A stretch of DNA of 47,557 bases, from positions 1-47,557 of the forward strand of contig JAHJTG010000005.1 in assembly GCA_018829965.1 (NCBI GenBank). The letters are read 5' to 3'. This DNA comes from Patescibacteria group bacterium. GTDB taxonomy: Bacteria > Patescibacteriota > Minisyncoccia > Minisyncoccales > Staskawiczbacteraceae. Under the pieces are notes generated by a model. It had not been told where the DNA came from and made no database searches. It saw only the letters and a list, made by a program, of their open reading frames with translations. The position numbers were made by a program, and so were the translations under genes. Shown here in pieces: positions 18,634 through 28,417 of this stretch. How positions within the stretch are numbered: position 1 is the first letter of the stretch; every line of letters begins with the position of its first letter.

Positions 18634-19398
18634 ATGAAAGATTTCAAATCATCAGCTTACAAAGTATTAGAAGGGGCTAAAAAGCCGTTGCATAGTAAAG
18701 ATATAACTAATAGGGCTATTAAGGCTGGCTACTTAAAAACGACTGGCAAAACTCCCGAAGCCACAATGAATGCCCTTTTAATTACTGATATAAACGAAAA
18801 AAAGAACAAGTCGGCTTTTATTAAAACAGACCCCTCAACATTTAATATAAATCCCAAGTTTAATAAAAGCGCAATCAGAACTGCCCTTAAAGAAAAGGAC
18901 TATCCCATATCAAAAACAATTTCCTCAAAACAAAAAGGCGACATAGGAGAGGCGAGAATAGCTGAGTTAATAATGTTGTATGGAGAAAACCTGTCTTGCT
19001 ACAAACCCATATCAGACGATGAGGGTATTGATTTAATTATAAAACAAAGAAGTAGTTTCAAAACTTTTCATTTACAAGTAAAAACTCGGTATGGGACAAG
19101 TTCCAATACTTCTTTAATAGCAGTCGCTAAAGAAAAGTGCGTAAAGAAAGATACTGCACTTGGTTTGGTATTTTGTTTTTTTGATACAGAGGACGGCGAT
19201 ATTTGGGATTATATATGGTTTGTGCCAGCAATAGAATTTATTAAACTTGCAAAAAAATCTTATAATAAGAAACTTGGCTCTATCTATAAGTTTATAGCTG
19301 GGAGAAGCCAAAAAGATACAAATAAATGGGCTAAATTTCTTATAGACAAAAGAGATTTGGGCAATAAAATAATAAAACAATTAGAAACATTAAAATAA
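18634..19398 (+). CDS. HARE-HTH plus PD-(D/E)xK endonuclease
   Basis: KPLHSKDIT...GKTPEATMNA HARE-HTH; KGDIGE...DDEGID...LQVK. Confidence 0.75.
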   Translation: MKDFKSSAYKVLEGAKKPLHSKDITNRAIKAGYLKTTGKTPEATMNALLITDINEKKNKSAFIKTDPSTFNINPKFNKSAIRTALKEKDYPISKTISSKQKGDIGEARIAELIMLYGENLSCYKPISDDEGIDLIIKQRSSFKTFHLQVKTRYGTSSNTSLIAVAKEKCVKKDTALGLVFCFFDTEDGDIWDYIWFVPAIEFIKLAKKSYNKKLGSIYKFIAGRSQKDTNKWAKFLIDKRDLGNKIIKQLETLK

Positions 19399-19399
19399 T

Positions 19400-19579
19400 A
19401 TGACACAAGAAAAAGAGTTTTATCTCGTTGAAGAATTGGCTGAGAAGCTAAGAATTTCTAATATGACGATTTACCGCTACATAAAAGCAAAAAAGGTTAA
19501 GGCCTATAAAATAGGCAAGGCGTTTCGCATAGACCAAAAAGAATTTAATAATTTTCTTAATAAAGTTAAAAATAAATAA
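19400..19579 (+). CDS. Excisionase-like HTH_17 protein (59 aa, absent from the ORF track); possible R-M controller
   Basis: MTQEKEFYLVEELAEKLRISNMTIYRYIKAKKVKAYKIGKAFRI. Confidence 0.85.
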   Translation: MTQEKEFYLVEELAEKLRISNMTIYRYIKAKKVKAYKIGKAFRIDQKEFNNFLNKVKNK

Positions 19580-19581
19580 AT

Positions 19582-20433
19582 ATGAACGCATATAAAGATT
19601 TTCAAAACAGGTTCAAGGTATTAGCAAGCAAACACAGAAATTTAGTCGTGAATACCCTATCAAATATATTTACGATGAGGTTGATTGGTAATAAAACACA
19701 CGGAGATTTGGCGGAAATAGGTATAGCCGAGTTTATCAATCAATTTATGTATGATTTTAAGAGTATACACGTCGGCAAAGACCTTTTCCGAGCTAAAGAG
19801 CACGAGGAAGATATTGTTATCATCAACGAGATAACAAACTCAAAATTTCCAGTTAGCTTAAAGGCGTATGGAGATGGTCCATTACAACTTTCAACTGATA
19901 GCGACCAAAAAATGTTTCCTTATCTTGAAAAGCAAGGGAGAGAAATTACAGACAAAAGAAAGATAGCGGAAATATTTTCTTCTACAGCTTTCTCAGAATT
20001 TAATAATATCAATGTGATGCCACTTATCTATAATGAAAAGAAGAAGCAGTGTAATATAATGATTTTTGACCACGAAAAAGCTATTAAAAATACTGCAAGA
20101 ATTTTATATATAGATAAAGGAGAAAGTCTCGCTGGCAAGAGTAAGGGTAAGAGCAGAAAGCACCCGATTTTTATGTTTTTAGATAAAGATAATAATTATA
20201 TTTGCGAGGTTCGTTATGGCGGTGCGTCGGCGAACGCACTGCAAAGGGGGCTTTGGACACAAACAAAAAATGCTACAAGCTATTTTGATAGCATTACAAA
20301 TGGCTGGATTGATTACTCACACAACCACGCATTAGTAAAATTATTTAGCCTTGCGTTAAATAGCACAGAAGCGGGACATAAAGAAGCAAATAAAATCTTG
20401 CAGGAAGATATTGATAAATTAATAAAGACGTAA
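19582..20433 (+). CDS. Putative type II restriction endonuclease
   Basis: HGDLAE...EEDI...VSLK PD-(D/E)xK-like pattern; 1 nt from the MTase gene. Confidence 0.65.
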   Translation: MNAYKDFQNRFKVLASKHRNLVVNTLSNIFTMRLIGNKTHGDLAEIGIAEFINQFMYDFKSIHVGKDLFRAKEHEEDIVIINEITNSKFPVSLKAYGDGPLQLSTDSDQKMFPYLEKQGREITDKRKIAEIFSSTAFSEFNNINVMPLIYNEKKKQCNIMIFDHEKAIKNTARILYIDKGESLAGKSKGKSRKHPIFMFLDKDNNYICEVRYGGASANALQRGLWTQTKNATSYFDSITNGWIDYSHNHALVKLFSLALNSTEAGHKEANKILQEDIDKLIKT

Positions 20434-20434
20434 T

Positions 20435-21643
20435 ATGTCAAAAGAGCTTAGTATATCAAAAAAGCTAAATCTATTTAACGAAAGAGATTTTTCTCATATA
20501 AAAACTCAGGGCATAAAATATGCTGGGTCTAAGTTAAAGATAATTCCCTATATTTTAGAAAGCATAAAAGACTTAGAGATTAAAACGATTTTAGACGGAT
20601 TTAGTGGGTCAACCAGAGTAAGCCAAGCATTGGCTCAAGCAGGTTATAATGTTGTTTCCAATGATACTGCTTGCTGGTCTGAAGTATGTGCAAAATGTTT
20701 TTTGTTGAGTAAGAAAGATAAAAAATACTATCAAAATATACTTGATGAACTCAATTCTCTAAAAGGACGTAATGGCTGGTTCACCAAACATTACGGCGGA
20801 GACAAAGCAATGAAAGTAAAAATGCCCTTTCAAATAAAAAACACAAGGAAATTAGATGCTATAAGAGACAGAATTGACGAACTAAAATTAAATGATATTG
20901 ACAAGTCTGTTGTTCTAACAAGTTTGCTGTTTGCGTTAGACGCAGTAGATAGCACACTTGGACACTTCGTATCATATCTCTCTAAGTGGTCTAAGCGTTC
21001 CCATAATGATTTAATGCTTAAAGTCCCCGAATTAAAAAAAACTAACGGCAAACACAAGGTTCTTAGAGAAGACATTTTTGATGTGATAAAAAATAATACT
21101 TTTGACCTTGCGTATTTTGACCCTCCGTATGGGTCAAATAATGAAAAAATGCCTCCAAGTAGAGTAAGATATTCTTCCTATTATCATATTTGGACATCTG
21201 TTGTTAAAAATGACAAACCAACTCTATTTGGAAAAGTGAACCGAAGAGAGGATACGAGGGATTTAATTTCAGCCTCCATATTTGAAGAATTTAGAAAAAA
21301 CGAAAGCGGAAATTTTATTGCAATGGAAGCAATAAAAAGAATGGTTCAAGAGACTAAGGCAAGGTATATTTTACTTTCTTATAGCTCTGGAGGAAGGGCG
21401 ACTAAAAAAGAACTTGAGCAGATTTTTGAAGGAACGGGAAAAATTCTTAAAATTATTGAGATAGACTACAAAAAAAATATTATGGCAACTATGAGTTGGA
21501 CGAATGAGTGGATAAACTCAGATGGAGAACATAAAGAATACCTCTTCTTAATGGAAAAATCCGCAAATAAGTGCAATGCCCTCACGGAAAATAATAAACG
21601 AAAAGTTCTACTTGATAACATCACCCCGCCCTTAACAGCATAA
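20435..21643 (+). CDS. D12-class N6-adenine DNA methyltransferase
   Basis: YAGSK, DGFSGS and DPPY motifs. Confidence 0.9.
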   Translation: MSKELSISKKLNLFNERDFSHIKTQGIKYAGSKLKIIPYILESIKDLEIKTILDGFSGSTRVSQALAQAGYNVVSNDTACWSEVCAKCFLLSKKDKKYYQNILDELNSLKGRNGWFTKHYGGDKAMKVKMPFQIKNTRKLDAIRDRIDELKLNDIDKSVVLTSLLFALDAVDSTLGHFVSYLSKWSKRSHNDLMLKVPELKKTNGKHKVLREDIFDVIKNNTFDLAYFDPPYGSNNEKMPPSRVRYSSYYHIWTSVVKNDKPTLFGKVNRREDTRDLISASIFEEFRKNESGNFIAMEAIKRMVQETKARYILLSYSSGGRATKKELEQIFEGTGKILKIIEIDYKKNIMATMSWTNEWINSDGEHKEYLFLMEKSANKCNALTENNKRKVLLDNITPPLTA

Positions 21644-21646
21644 AAT

Positions 21647-23155
21647 ATGAAAGCAGTAATACTCGCAAGAGTTTCAACAACAAGGCAAGAAGAGGAGGGG
21701 CACTCGCTCCCCGCTCAAATAAGGAGGTTGCAGGAATACGCAAAGAAAAAAGGCTTTGAAATAGCCGAGACTTTTTCTTTTTCTGAAAGTGCGGGAGGCA
21801 AAATTAGAAAGAAATTTGAAGAAGTTATGACCTATATCAAAACTCATAAAGATGTTAAAGTTTTGCTTTGCGAGAATGTTGACCGAGCGACAAGGAACTT
21901 TAAGGACGCTGTTGATTTAGACGAAATGAGAAAAAACGAGGGTTTAGAAATTCATTTCGTCCAAGACGGATTTTTCATAAATAAAAATGCTACTGGCAAC
22001 CAAATGTTTATGTGGGAGGCAAAGGTATTTATTGCCAAGCAATACTTAAACCGATTATCTGATGATGTCAAAAGAAGCAACGAGCAGAAGCTACAAAATG
22101 GCGAATGGATAAACAAGCCCCCGATAGGATACATTGGCACGATAGACCCTAAGGGCAACAAAGGAATGATACCAGACCCGTTAAAAAGCCACCTTGTCGT
22201 TAAAATCTTTGAAATCTATGCTACTGGGAGCTCCTCAATTCTAAAGATTAAAGAAACAATGGACGCTCTGGGTTTAAGAGGCAATACAAGGGACAATAAG
22301 CCCCTCTGTAAGAGCCAAATACACTATATCCTTAATAATCCCTATTACTACGGCTTAATGCGTGTTAACGGGCAATTATACGAACATAAATATGAACCCT
22401 TAATAACCAAACAACTTTTTGATAGAGTGCAGGAAGTATTTAGTGGTTATGATAAAAAACCTTTCAGATATGGTTGTAAGCCTTTTGTATTTAGGGCTAT
22501 GGTAAGATGTTCAGAGTGCGGGTGCTTGATTGGCGGAGAGCTTAAAAAAGGACACTATGTTTATTATTCTTGCAATAATTATAAGAAAGTCCACAAGCAA
22601 AGGGTTTATGTTAAAGAGATTGATATGCTTGAACCAGTTCGCAGGGTTTTAGAAAAGATAAAATTAACAGACCAACAAAAAAACGAACTGATAGAAGATT
22701 TTAAGAAATCAGACAAAAGTAAGAATAAGTTTGTAAGTGCCAAGCTCCCAGAGCTAACGGCAGAGTTTGATTTATACGAAACGAGAAAAAGCGAAACTTG
22801 GAATAAATATGTGGATAAGGAAATAAGTAAGGAGATGTATGACAAAAAATACAAAGAATATGACGACAAGCAGAACGCTATAAAAACCCAAATGGGAAAA
22901 TTCCAAGTAGCTGATGTAGAATTTTACACAACAATAAATATGATTGTGGCTCTCTCTCAAAGAGCCGAAGAAATCTTTGAAAGTTCTGAACCTCACGAGA
23001 AAAGGGCTTTTGCCAATTTCTTACTTCAGAACTGCCAATTAGAAGGCGAAAAGCTGAAATTTGAACTTAAAAGCCCCTTTGACGGGGCTTTATCTGCACA
23101 CGACTGTTCTAACTTGCTCCGCGGCCAGGACTCGAACCTGGAACCTTCTCGTTAA
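21647..23155 (+). CDS. Large serine recombinase whose 3' end overlaps tRNA-Asn
   Basis: ARVST, DRATR, CSEC...YYSC; final codons LRGQDSNLEPSR are antisense tRNA sequence. Confidence 0.93.
   Translation: MKAVILARVSTTRQEEEGHSLPAQIRRLQEYAKKKGFEIAETFSFSESAGGKIRKKFEEVMTYIKTHKDVKVLLCENVDRATRNFKDAVDLDEMRKNEGLEIHFVQDGFFINKNATGNQMFMWEAKVFIAKQYLNRLSDDVKRSNEQKLQNGEWINKPPIGYIGTIDPKGNKGMIPDPLKSHLVVKIFEIYATGSSSILKIKETMDALGLRGNTRDNKPLCKSQIHYILNNPYYYGLMRVNGQLYEHKYEPLITKQLFDRVQEVFSGYDKKPFRYGCKPFVFRAMVRCSECGCLIGGELKKGHYVYYSCNNYKKVHKQRVYVKEIDMLEPVRRVLEKIKLTDQQKNELIEDFKKSDKSKNKFVSAKLPELTAEFDLYETRKSETWNKYVDKEISKEMYDKKYKEYDDKQNAIKTQMGKFQVADVEFYTTINMIVALSQRAEEIFESSEPHEKRAFANFLLQNCQLEGEKLKFELKSPFDGALSAHDCSNLLRGQDSNLEPSR
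23070..23091 (-). terminator. Probable tRNA-Asn terminator encoded inside the LSR gene
   Basis: AAAGCCCC-tttgac-GGGGCTTT, 25 nt past the tRNA 3' end. Confidence 0.6.
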
Positions 23156-23188
23156 CAGCGAGTTGCACTACCATTGTGCTACCGCGGA
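23117..23188 (-). tRNA. tRNA-Asn(GTT)
   Basis: TCCGCGG/CCGCGGA acceptor stem, CT-GTT-AA anticodon loop, GGTTCGAGTCC T-arm; CCA not encoded. Confidence 0.97.
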
Positions 23189-23264
23189 ATAATTATTTTT
23201 ATATAAATAAATTATTTACTGGTTATAATATAACCATTGCTAAGAAACAAATCAAGAAAAACCT

Positions 23265-23396
23265 TTAAAAAAACGAGAAGAAAGAAATTACTAAAATAAC
23301 TACAACAGTCACAACGAGCAAAATTATCCAAAAGGAATTATTTCTCTCTGGCGGATTTTCCTTTTTTTCTTCTTCGTATGATAGTATATTGTTCAT
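23265..23396 (-). CDS. Small single-pass membrane protein (43 aa)
   Basis: MNNILSYEEEKKENPPERNNSFWIILLVVTVVVILVISFFSFF. Confidence 0.4.
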   Translation of the reverse strand: MNNILSYEEEKKENPPERNNSFWIILLVVTVVVILVISFFSFF

Positions 23397-23462
23397 ATTT
23401 TTAATTGATTAAACTATAAAAATACGACCTTTATATACTTACTACCTACTATTTTCTACTTT

Positions 23463-24914
23463 CTAATAGTAATCCTTCACCTTCTTTAATTCATCGTGCT
23501 TTCTTAGTTTTTCAAGAGATTTTGCCTGAATCTGACGAATTCTCTCGCGAGTTACACCGAAGTCAACGCCAGTTTCTTCAAGGGTGTGCATAATACCATC
23601 TTCTAAACCAAATCTCATTGCTAAAATTTTTAATTCTCTCGGGCTTAATTCGCTCGAAAGTTCTTTTAATCGTCTCTTCAAAAGTTTATGAGCAGCCTCC
23701 ATTGATGGCGAAAGAGCCTTGTCGTCTTTAATAAATTCGGCTAAAACGCTCTCCTGTTTATCCTTGTCCTCGCCTACTGGCGTTTCTAAAGATACTGCCT
23801 TTTGAGCAATCTTTTTTATATGATGAACTTTATCAACTTCCAAGCCCATTTCAGATGCAACTTCCTCCGCTAAAGGTTCTCTGCCTAATTCCTGCAAAAG
23901 ATTTTTCCTGACTTTAGTATACTTTGAAATCGTCTCAATCATGTGAACGGGAATTCTAATAGTTCTTGCCTGGTCTGCTAAAGCGCGGGTAATTGCCTGT
24001 CTTATCCACCAAGTAGCATAAGTTGAAAACTTATAGCCTCTCCTCCAATCAAATTTTTTGACTGCCTTAAACAGACCCAAATTTCCTTCCTGAATTAAAT
24101 CAAGCATGGTTAAATTCGGGGACCTGCCGACATATTTTTTGGCGATAGAAACCACTAACCTTAAATTGGCTAAAGCCAGCCTGTTTTTTGCTTCTTCATC
24201 CCCTTTTTCTATCCTTTTAGATAATTCTTTTTCTTCTCTGGCAGTTAAAAAACTTACCTTCCCTATTTCCTTTAAATACATTTGGATAGGGTCAATTTTA
24301 CCTCCAATAAGTATTTTTTTCTTTTTCTCTTTCTTGCCTATTTTTGTTTTAATCTCTAAAAATTCTCGTGATTCTTTAATTTCAACGCCGTTTTCCTGTA
24401 AGGTTTCGTAGATTCTTTCCAACTCTTGGATGTTCTGCTCTATATCGGGGAAAGTATATAAAATTTCAGAGGTGGTAACAAAGCCTCTTTCACGCCCTTT
24501 TCTTACAATATTTTCTATCTGTTCTGGCGTTGCAACTATTTTTTTCCTCTTTACTACTATTTTCTGCTTTTTTACTTTTCTTTTTTTGCGCTTCTTTACT
24601 AACTTGCGAATCCTCTTTTTAATAATCTTTTTCTTCCCGCCTGCACCGCTTGTGGCGAAGCCACTACGGGCAGGTTTCTTTTTTAAAACCTTCGCTTTGC
24701 GGGATTTAACACGACGAATTTTTTTCTTTACCGACCTACGAGCTCTTTTTTTAGCGACTTTTTTCTTTTTCTTCTTTGCCAGTTTGCGAACCGTTTTTTT
24801 AATGGTTTTCCCGCCTGCATCGCTATGCCAGCCAGCAGTAGATACAGCGTTTCTGGCGGGCGAAGCATTGCGGGCAAGTTTCTTTTTTCGACGACTAATT
24901 ATTTTTTTCTTCAT
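23463..24914 (-). CDS. rpoD: Primary RNA polymerase sigma-70 factor with a Lys/Arg-rich N-terminal extension
   Basis: [37 protein letters not shown] and VTRERIRQI; downstream of dnaG. Confidence 0.95.
   Translation of the reverse strand: MKKKIISRRKKKLARNASPARNAVSTAGWHSDAGGKTIKKTVRKLAKKKKKKVAKKRARRSVKKKIRRVKSRKAKVLKKKPARSGFATSGAGGKKKIIKKRIRKLVKKRKKRKVKKQKIVVKRKKIVATPEQIENIVRKGRERGFVTTSEILYTFPDIEQNIQELERIYETLQENGVEIKESREFLEIKTKIGKKEKKKKILIGGKIDPIQMYLKEIGKVSFLTAREEKELSKRIEKGDEEAKNRLALANLRLVVSIAKKYVGRSPNLTMLDLIQEGNLGLFKAVKKFDWRRGYKFSTYATWWIRQAITRALADQARTIRIPVHMIETISKYTKVRKNLLQELGREPLAEEVASEMGLEVDKVHHIKKIAQKAVSLETPVGEDKDKQESVLAEFIKDDKALSPSMEAAHKLLKRRLKELSSELSPRELKILAMRFGLEDGIMHTLEETGVDFGVTRERIRQIQAKSLEKLRKHDELKKVKDYY
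24636..24674. repeat. In-frame GC-rich palindromic element in rpoD ([13 protein letters not shown])
   Basis: CCCGCCTGCA...CGGGCAGG, 39 nt. Confidence 0.7.
24810..24878. repeat. Nested in-frame palindromic elements in rpoD
   Basis: 36-nt outer copy (LARNAS|HSDAGG) interrupted by a 33-nt inner copy at 24828-24860 ([11 protein letters not shown]). Confidence 0.7.
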
Positions 24915-24919
24915 AGCAT

Positions 24920-26746
24920 TTAAAGCTCTTTTGTTAATTTATTGAATTGTTCCATTAAATTATTAATTTTTCCAGAATCTTTTTCTGATTCTGCGAGCTT
25001 AATCTGGGCAGAGAGAGCTTTCAATTTATCCTTAACTTCGATGGATTTTAACCCTAAAAGACAAAGTTGAATTTCTTCTTCTACATCTTCATCATATTCC
25101 ACCTCTGCTCTTAAAGAAAGCACCCCAAGAAAATCCTTCAATTCTTCATCAGAGTCTGACTTGTTATATTTTACCGATAAATTATCAATAACCTCTTTTA
25201 AGTCTTTTTTATTGTTTTCTTTATCCCCTAATGATAATTTTTCTTGCTTTAATTTTTCTAAAATGTTCTTTATTTTTTCTGAAAAAAGAGGCAGATGCTG
25301 AATATCAATTAGATTTAAACTATCAGGCTCTTTCAGAATTAAAGATATTATTTTTTCTTCAAGTATTTTTTTTCTGCTAATAGGTTCAGAAAATTCTTTA
25401 ACTATTTTGCTTTTTTCTTCTACCCCCCTAACTAATTCTTGTAAAAAACTTTGTTCAACCTTTACTTTCTTTAATTCTTCTAAAACATCTTGGTCCTTTA
25501 CCGATAAAACTGTTGCCAATTTTTGGACCCAAAACGATTGCTCAATTTTATTTGGTATCTTTTTAATCACAGGCAATACTATTTTCCCAATTTCTTTCTT
25601 TCCTTCGGGCGTATTTTTATCGTATTTTGTAGTTGCAGAATCAAAATAAAAATCTAATATTGAACGCGCCCCAATTAAAGATTTCCCCCACCCTTTCGGG
25701 TCTTTTAATATAACGTCGGCTGGGTCAGAATCAGCTTCGGTCTGTTTTATAATTTTAATATTAAAACCTGCTTCTTGGGCCAAACCAATCCCTCTTTTTG
25801 TTGCGCTATCTCCGGCAACATCCATATCAAAAGCCAAAAGCAGATTCTCGGTGTATCGTTTTAAAATAATAAGGTGAGAAGAGGTTAAAGCTGTGCCCGA
25901 AACAGCAATTGTATTTTCAAACCCTGCCTGATGAGCCATAATTGTATCCGTGTAGCCCTCTGTAACTACGCAACAATTTTCTTTTCTTGCTGCTAATTTT
26001 GCAAAATTTAAACCATAGAGGGTATGGCTTTTATCATAAAGGAGAGTTTGAGGAGTATTAATATATTTTGCAACTTCTTCCTCCTCTGAAACTTTTTCAA
26101 AAACCCTAGCCCCAAACCCGATAACTTGGGAATTTAAATCAAAGACAGGGAATATAATTCTACCGCGGAACCTATCATAAAAGTTTTGTTTGTTTTCAGA
26201 TTTTATTGCCAAACCAGCTTTTTCTATTTCTTCCCTTTGATAACCTTTACCAACTAAAAAATCTGAGAGACCCTGCCAAGTGTTTGGTGAATACCCCAAA
26301 CGCCATTTTTTTATTGTTTCTGCTTTTATTCCTCTGTTTAAAAGATATTCCTGCGCTTTTTTCCCACCTGTGCTCCCATCAAGTTGTTTTTCAAAAAAAT
26401 TACAGGATGATTCGCAAATTTCATAAAGACGTTCTCTGGCAGTTGTTAATTGTGGGTCTTGACGCTTCAATTCTACCCCAGCTTTTTGAGCTAAAATCCG
26501 CAAAGCATCTCCGAATTCAACTCCTTCAATTTTCATTATAAAGTCAAAGATACTACTACCCTCTCCACATCCAAAACAATGCCACATCTGACGAGCCGGC
26601 GAAACAAAAAAAGAGGGTTTTTTTTCTGAATGAAATGGACAAACGCCCCTATAGTTGGCTCCAGTTTTCTTTAGCTTTACATAACTGCCAACTACTTCTA
26701 CTACGTCTAATTTATTTTTAATTTCTTCTATTTGAGAGGTGAACAT
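24920..26746 (-). CDS. dnaG: DNA primase
   Basis: [11 protein letters not shown]...WHCFGC zinc finger, [16 protein letters not shown] and EGYTD toprim; likely ATG start at 26746. Confidence 0.97.
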   Translation of the reverse strand: MFTSQIEEIKNKLDVVEVVGSYVKLKKTGANYRGVCPFHSEKKPSFFVSPARQMWHCFGCGEGSSIFDFIMKIEGVEFGDALRILAQKAGVELKRQDPQLTTARERLYEICESSCNFFEKQLDGSTGGKKAQEYLLNRGIKAETIKKWRLGYSPNTWQGLSDFLVGKGYQREEIEKAGLAIKSENKQNFYDRFRGRIIFPVFDLNSQVIGFGARVFEKVSEEEEVAKYINTPQTLLYDKSHTLYGLNFAKLAARKENCCVVTEGYTDTIMAHQAGFENTIAVSGTALTSSHLIILKRYTENLLLAFDMDVAGDSATKRGIGLAQEAGFNIKIIKQTEADSDPADVILKDPKGWGKSLIGARSILDFYFDSATTKYDKNTPEGKKEIGKIVLPVIKKIPNKIEQSFWVQKLATVLSVKDQDVLEELKKVKVEQSFLQELVRGVEEKSKIVKEFSEPISRKKILEEKIISLILKEPDSLNLIDIQHLPLFSEKIKNILEKLKQEKLSLGDKENNKKDLKEVIDNLSVKYNKSDSDEELKDFLGVLSLRAEVEYDEDVEEEIQLCLLGLKSIEVKDKLKALSAQIKLAESEKDSGKINNLMEQFNKLTKEL

Positions 26747-26810
26747 TAAAATTAATTTTACCACAAAATATTTAAAATTCAACCCATTCCACCTTATTTA
26801 ATAAAAACAT

Positions 26811-26838
26811 TTGACAGAACTTTTTATATTGTTATTAT
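26811..26838 (+). promoter_or_regulatory. Sigma-70 promoter with no downstream CDS
   Basis: TTGACA-N16-TATTAT with TG extension. Confidence 0.55.
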
Positions 26839-26900
26839 TATATTAATCTGAATTGTAATTTTAAAATTACGATTTATATATGATTTTGCTCTTTTATTCT

Positions 26901-27077
26901 TTAATCTGCTGAAAAACAAACTTAAATTAAGAACGATATTGTCACGATTGTAAGTATCGATTTACGATATACGTCAGATTATGATTGTGACAAAGGGTGA
27001 GCCGTAACTCAAAGTTTTGATTTCAGCTCACAAGGTTAAAACTGCGGTACATCGCCACGGCGTATCGCAGTTTTTTT
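26901..27077 (+). ncRNA. Structured ncRNA candidate (6S RNA-like rod with central bubble)
   Basis: 26908-26923 pairs with 27012-27027; 26939-26953 pairs with 26979-26993; terminator at 27038-27077. Confidence 0.45.
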
Positions 27078-27125
27078 ATTCTAAAAAAACCAGACTGTTA
27101 AGTCTGGCTTTTTAGTTTCGTCTTA

Positions 27126-27575
27126 TTAATTCGCTTTCTTTATTTCTTCTGCCAACTTCTTTAATTCTGAAATATCTGCTTGAGGTCCTAATTGAGTAGA
27201 AATATATCCTATATATTTATCAAAGAATATCCTGTCTTTTGCCCATGTTTCTTGAAATTTTTCTTCTAATCCATATAAAGGATAAAGCTTAAGATGAACA
27301 TGATTCACGCCCATTCCCTCTAACACCATAGCAACTCTTTTTACGCTTAATCCTTTTTCTAAAATCTTGGCAACTTTTTTAGATGCCTGCATTAATTCTT
27401 GATAAGCATCGTCTGACATATCAAAAGCATAAGAATCATAATGCTCCTTAGGCATAACCAAAGTCATGCCGCGAGTATTGGGATTAACATCTAAAATCGC
27501 TAGAAAATCTTGGTCTTCCCAAATTTTTTCAGAATCAATTTCCCCTTTTGCTATTTTACAAAATATGCAGTCCAT
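27126..27575 (-). CDS. HIT family hydrolase
   Basis: MDCIFCKI; VNHVHLKL histidine-triad variant. Confidence 0.9.
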   Translation of the reverse strand: MDCIFCKIAKGEIDSEKIWEDQDFLAILDVNPNTRGMTLVMPKEHYDSYAFDMSDDAYQELMQASKKVAKILEKGLSVKRVAMVLEGMGVNHVHLKLYPLYGLEEKFQETWAKDRIFFDKYIGYISTQLGPQADISELKKLAEEIKKAN

Positions 27576-27576
27576 T

Positions 27577-28338
27577 TTATTTTACACGGTAAATAAGGAT
27601 TACCGTTGAATCAACTTCTTGCTGTCCAGATTGTATTTGTGGAGTAGGAACAACGCCTCCTCCTAACTGCGCAACTTCGCTCTTGTATACTGAATCGTAA
27701 TAACGTGGAGAATAACTATCCTGAACATTTATCAGTTTGCCTAATTTTATTCCAGAGGACTTAGCAATATCTTCTGCTTTTTGTTTTGCCTTTTTTATAG
27801 CTTGTATTCTTGCTTCCTGTTGCGCTTTTTCCAGGTATTCAATAGAAAAACTAATATTGCCGATTAAATTTGTCCCCCTATCGTTTGCTTTAGCTAAAAC
27901 ATCTCCTATTTTTGTAAAATCTCTTATTGATACCAGAATTGTATTGGTTAATTTATAACCAATAAATATCTGACCCTTATCTTCTGTCCAATTGTATTGA
28001 GGAGCTAAATTATATTGGGTTGTCTTGATGTCTTTTTCATCAATCCCCAGCCCCTTTATATCCCCGATTAGCCCATTCATCGCTTCCGTATTCTTCTTAA
28101 TGATATCCTGTATGTCTTTTCCCTCGTTGACCATACTCAAATCTATTGTCGCTAAATCAGGAATGACATAGACTTTTCCCTCTCCGGAAACTGACAGTTC
28201 TTGAGGCGTGTTCCCCGGAATGGTTTTAAACTTATACACTAATCCGCCAATAACTGATAAAACCACGATCAAAATAATAACTACTGCTAAATTGAATAAA
28301 CGATTTGATAATTCTATTTTTTTTGTTTCTTCTTCCAT
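27577..28338 (-). CDS. SIMPL/DUF541 domain protein
   Basis: N-terminal TM; VSGEGKV..PD.A and AI..AK.KA..IA...G..LG motifs. Confidence 0.9.
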   Translation of the reverse strand: MEEETKKIELSNRLFNLAVVIILIVVLSVIGGLVYKFKTIPGNTPQELSVSGEGKVYVIPDLATIDLSMVNEGKDIQDIIKKNTEAMNGLIGDIKGLGIDEKDIKTTQYNLAPQYNWTEDKGQIFIGYKLTNTILVSIRDFTKIGDVLAKANDRGTNLIGNISFSIEYLEKAQQEARIQAIKKAKQKAEDIAKSSGIKLGKLINVQDSYSPRYYDSVYKSEVAQLGGGVVPTPQIQSGQQEVDSTVILIYRVK

Positions 28339-28417
28339 TGTATTTTCTTGCCCGCCTCAATATAAAAGCTTTGGGGCGAGTAAATTTGATTATTAATTTT
28401 AAGCGACCTTTTTTAAA

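Larger units (their letters stand above)
144..23131. mobile_element. Composite tandem genomic island at tRNA-Asn (two LSR elements plus small cassettes; may extend left of the window)
   Basis: tRNA 3' fragment at 144, two LSRs, a tyrosine integrase, R-M cargo and internal att-like junctions. Confidence 0.8.

Noticed and set aside
28340-28417. Terminal att site closing the tRNA-Ser array
   Set aside because: Only a weak TGGGGCGAG resemblance within a hairpin and no GGAC core, so the distal boundary is unresolved.
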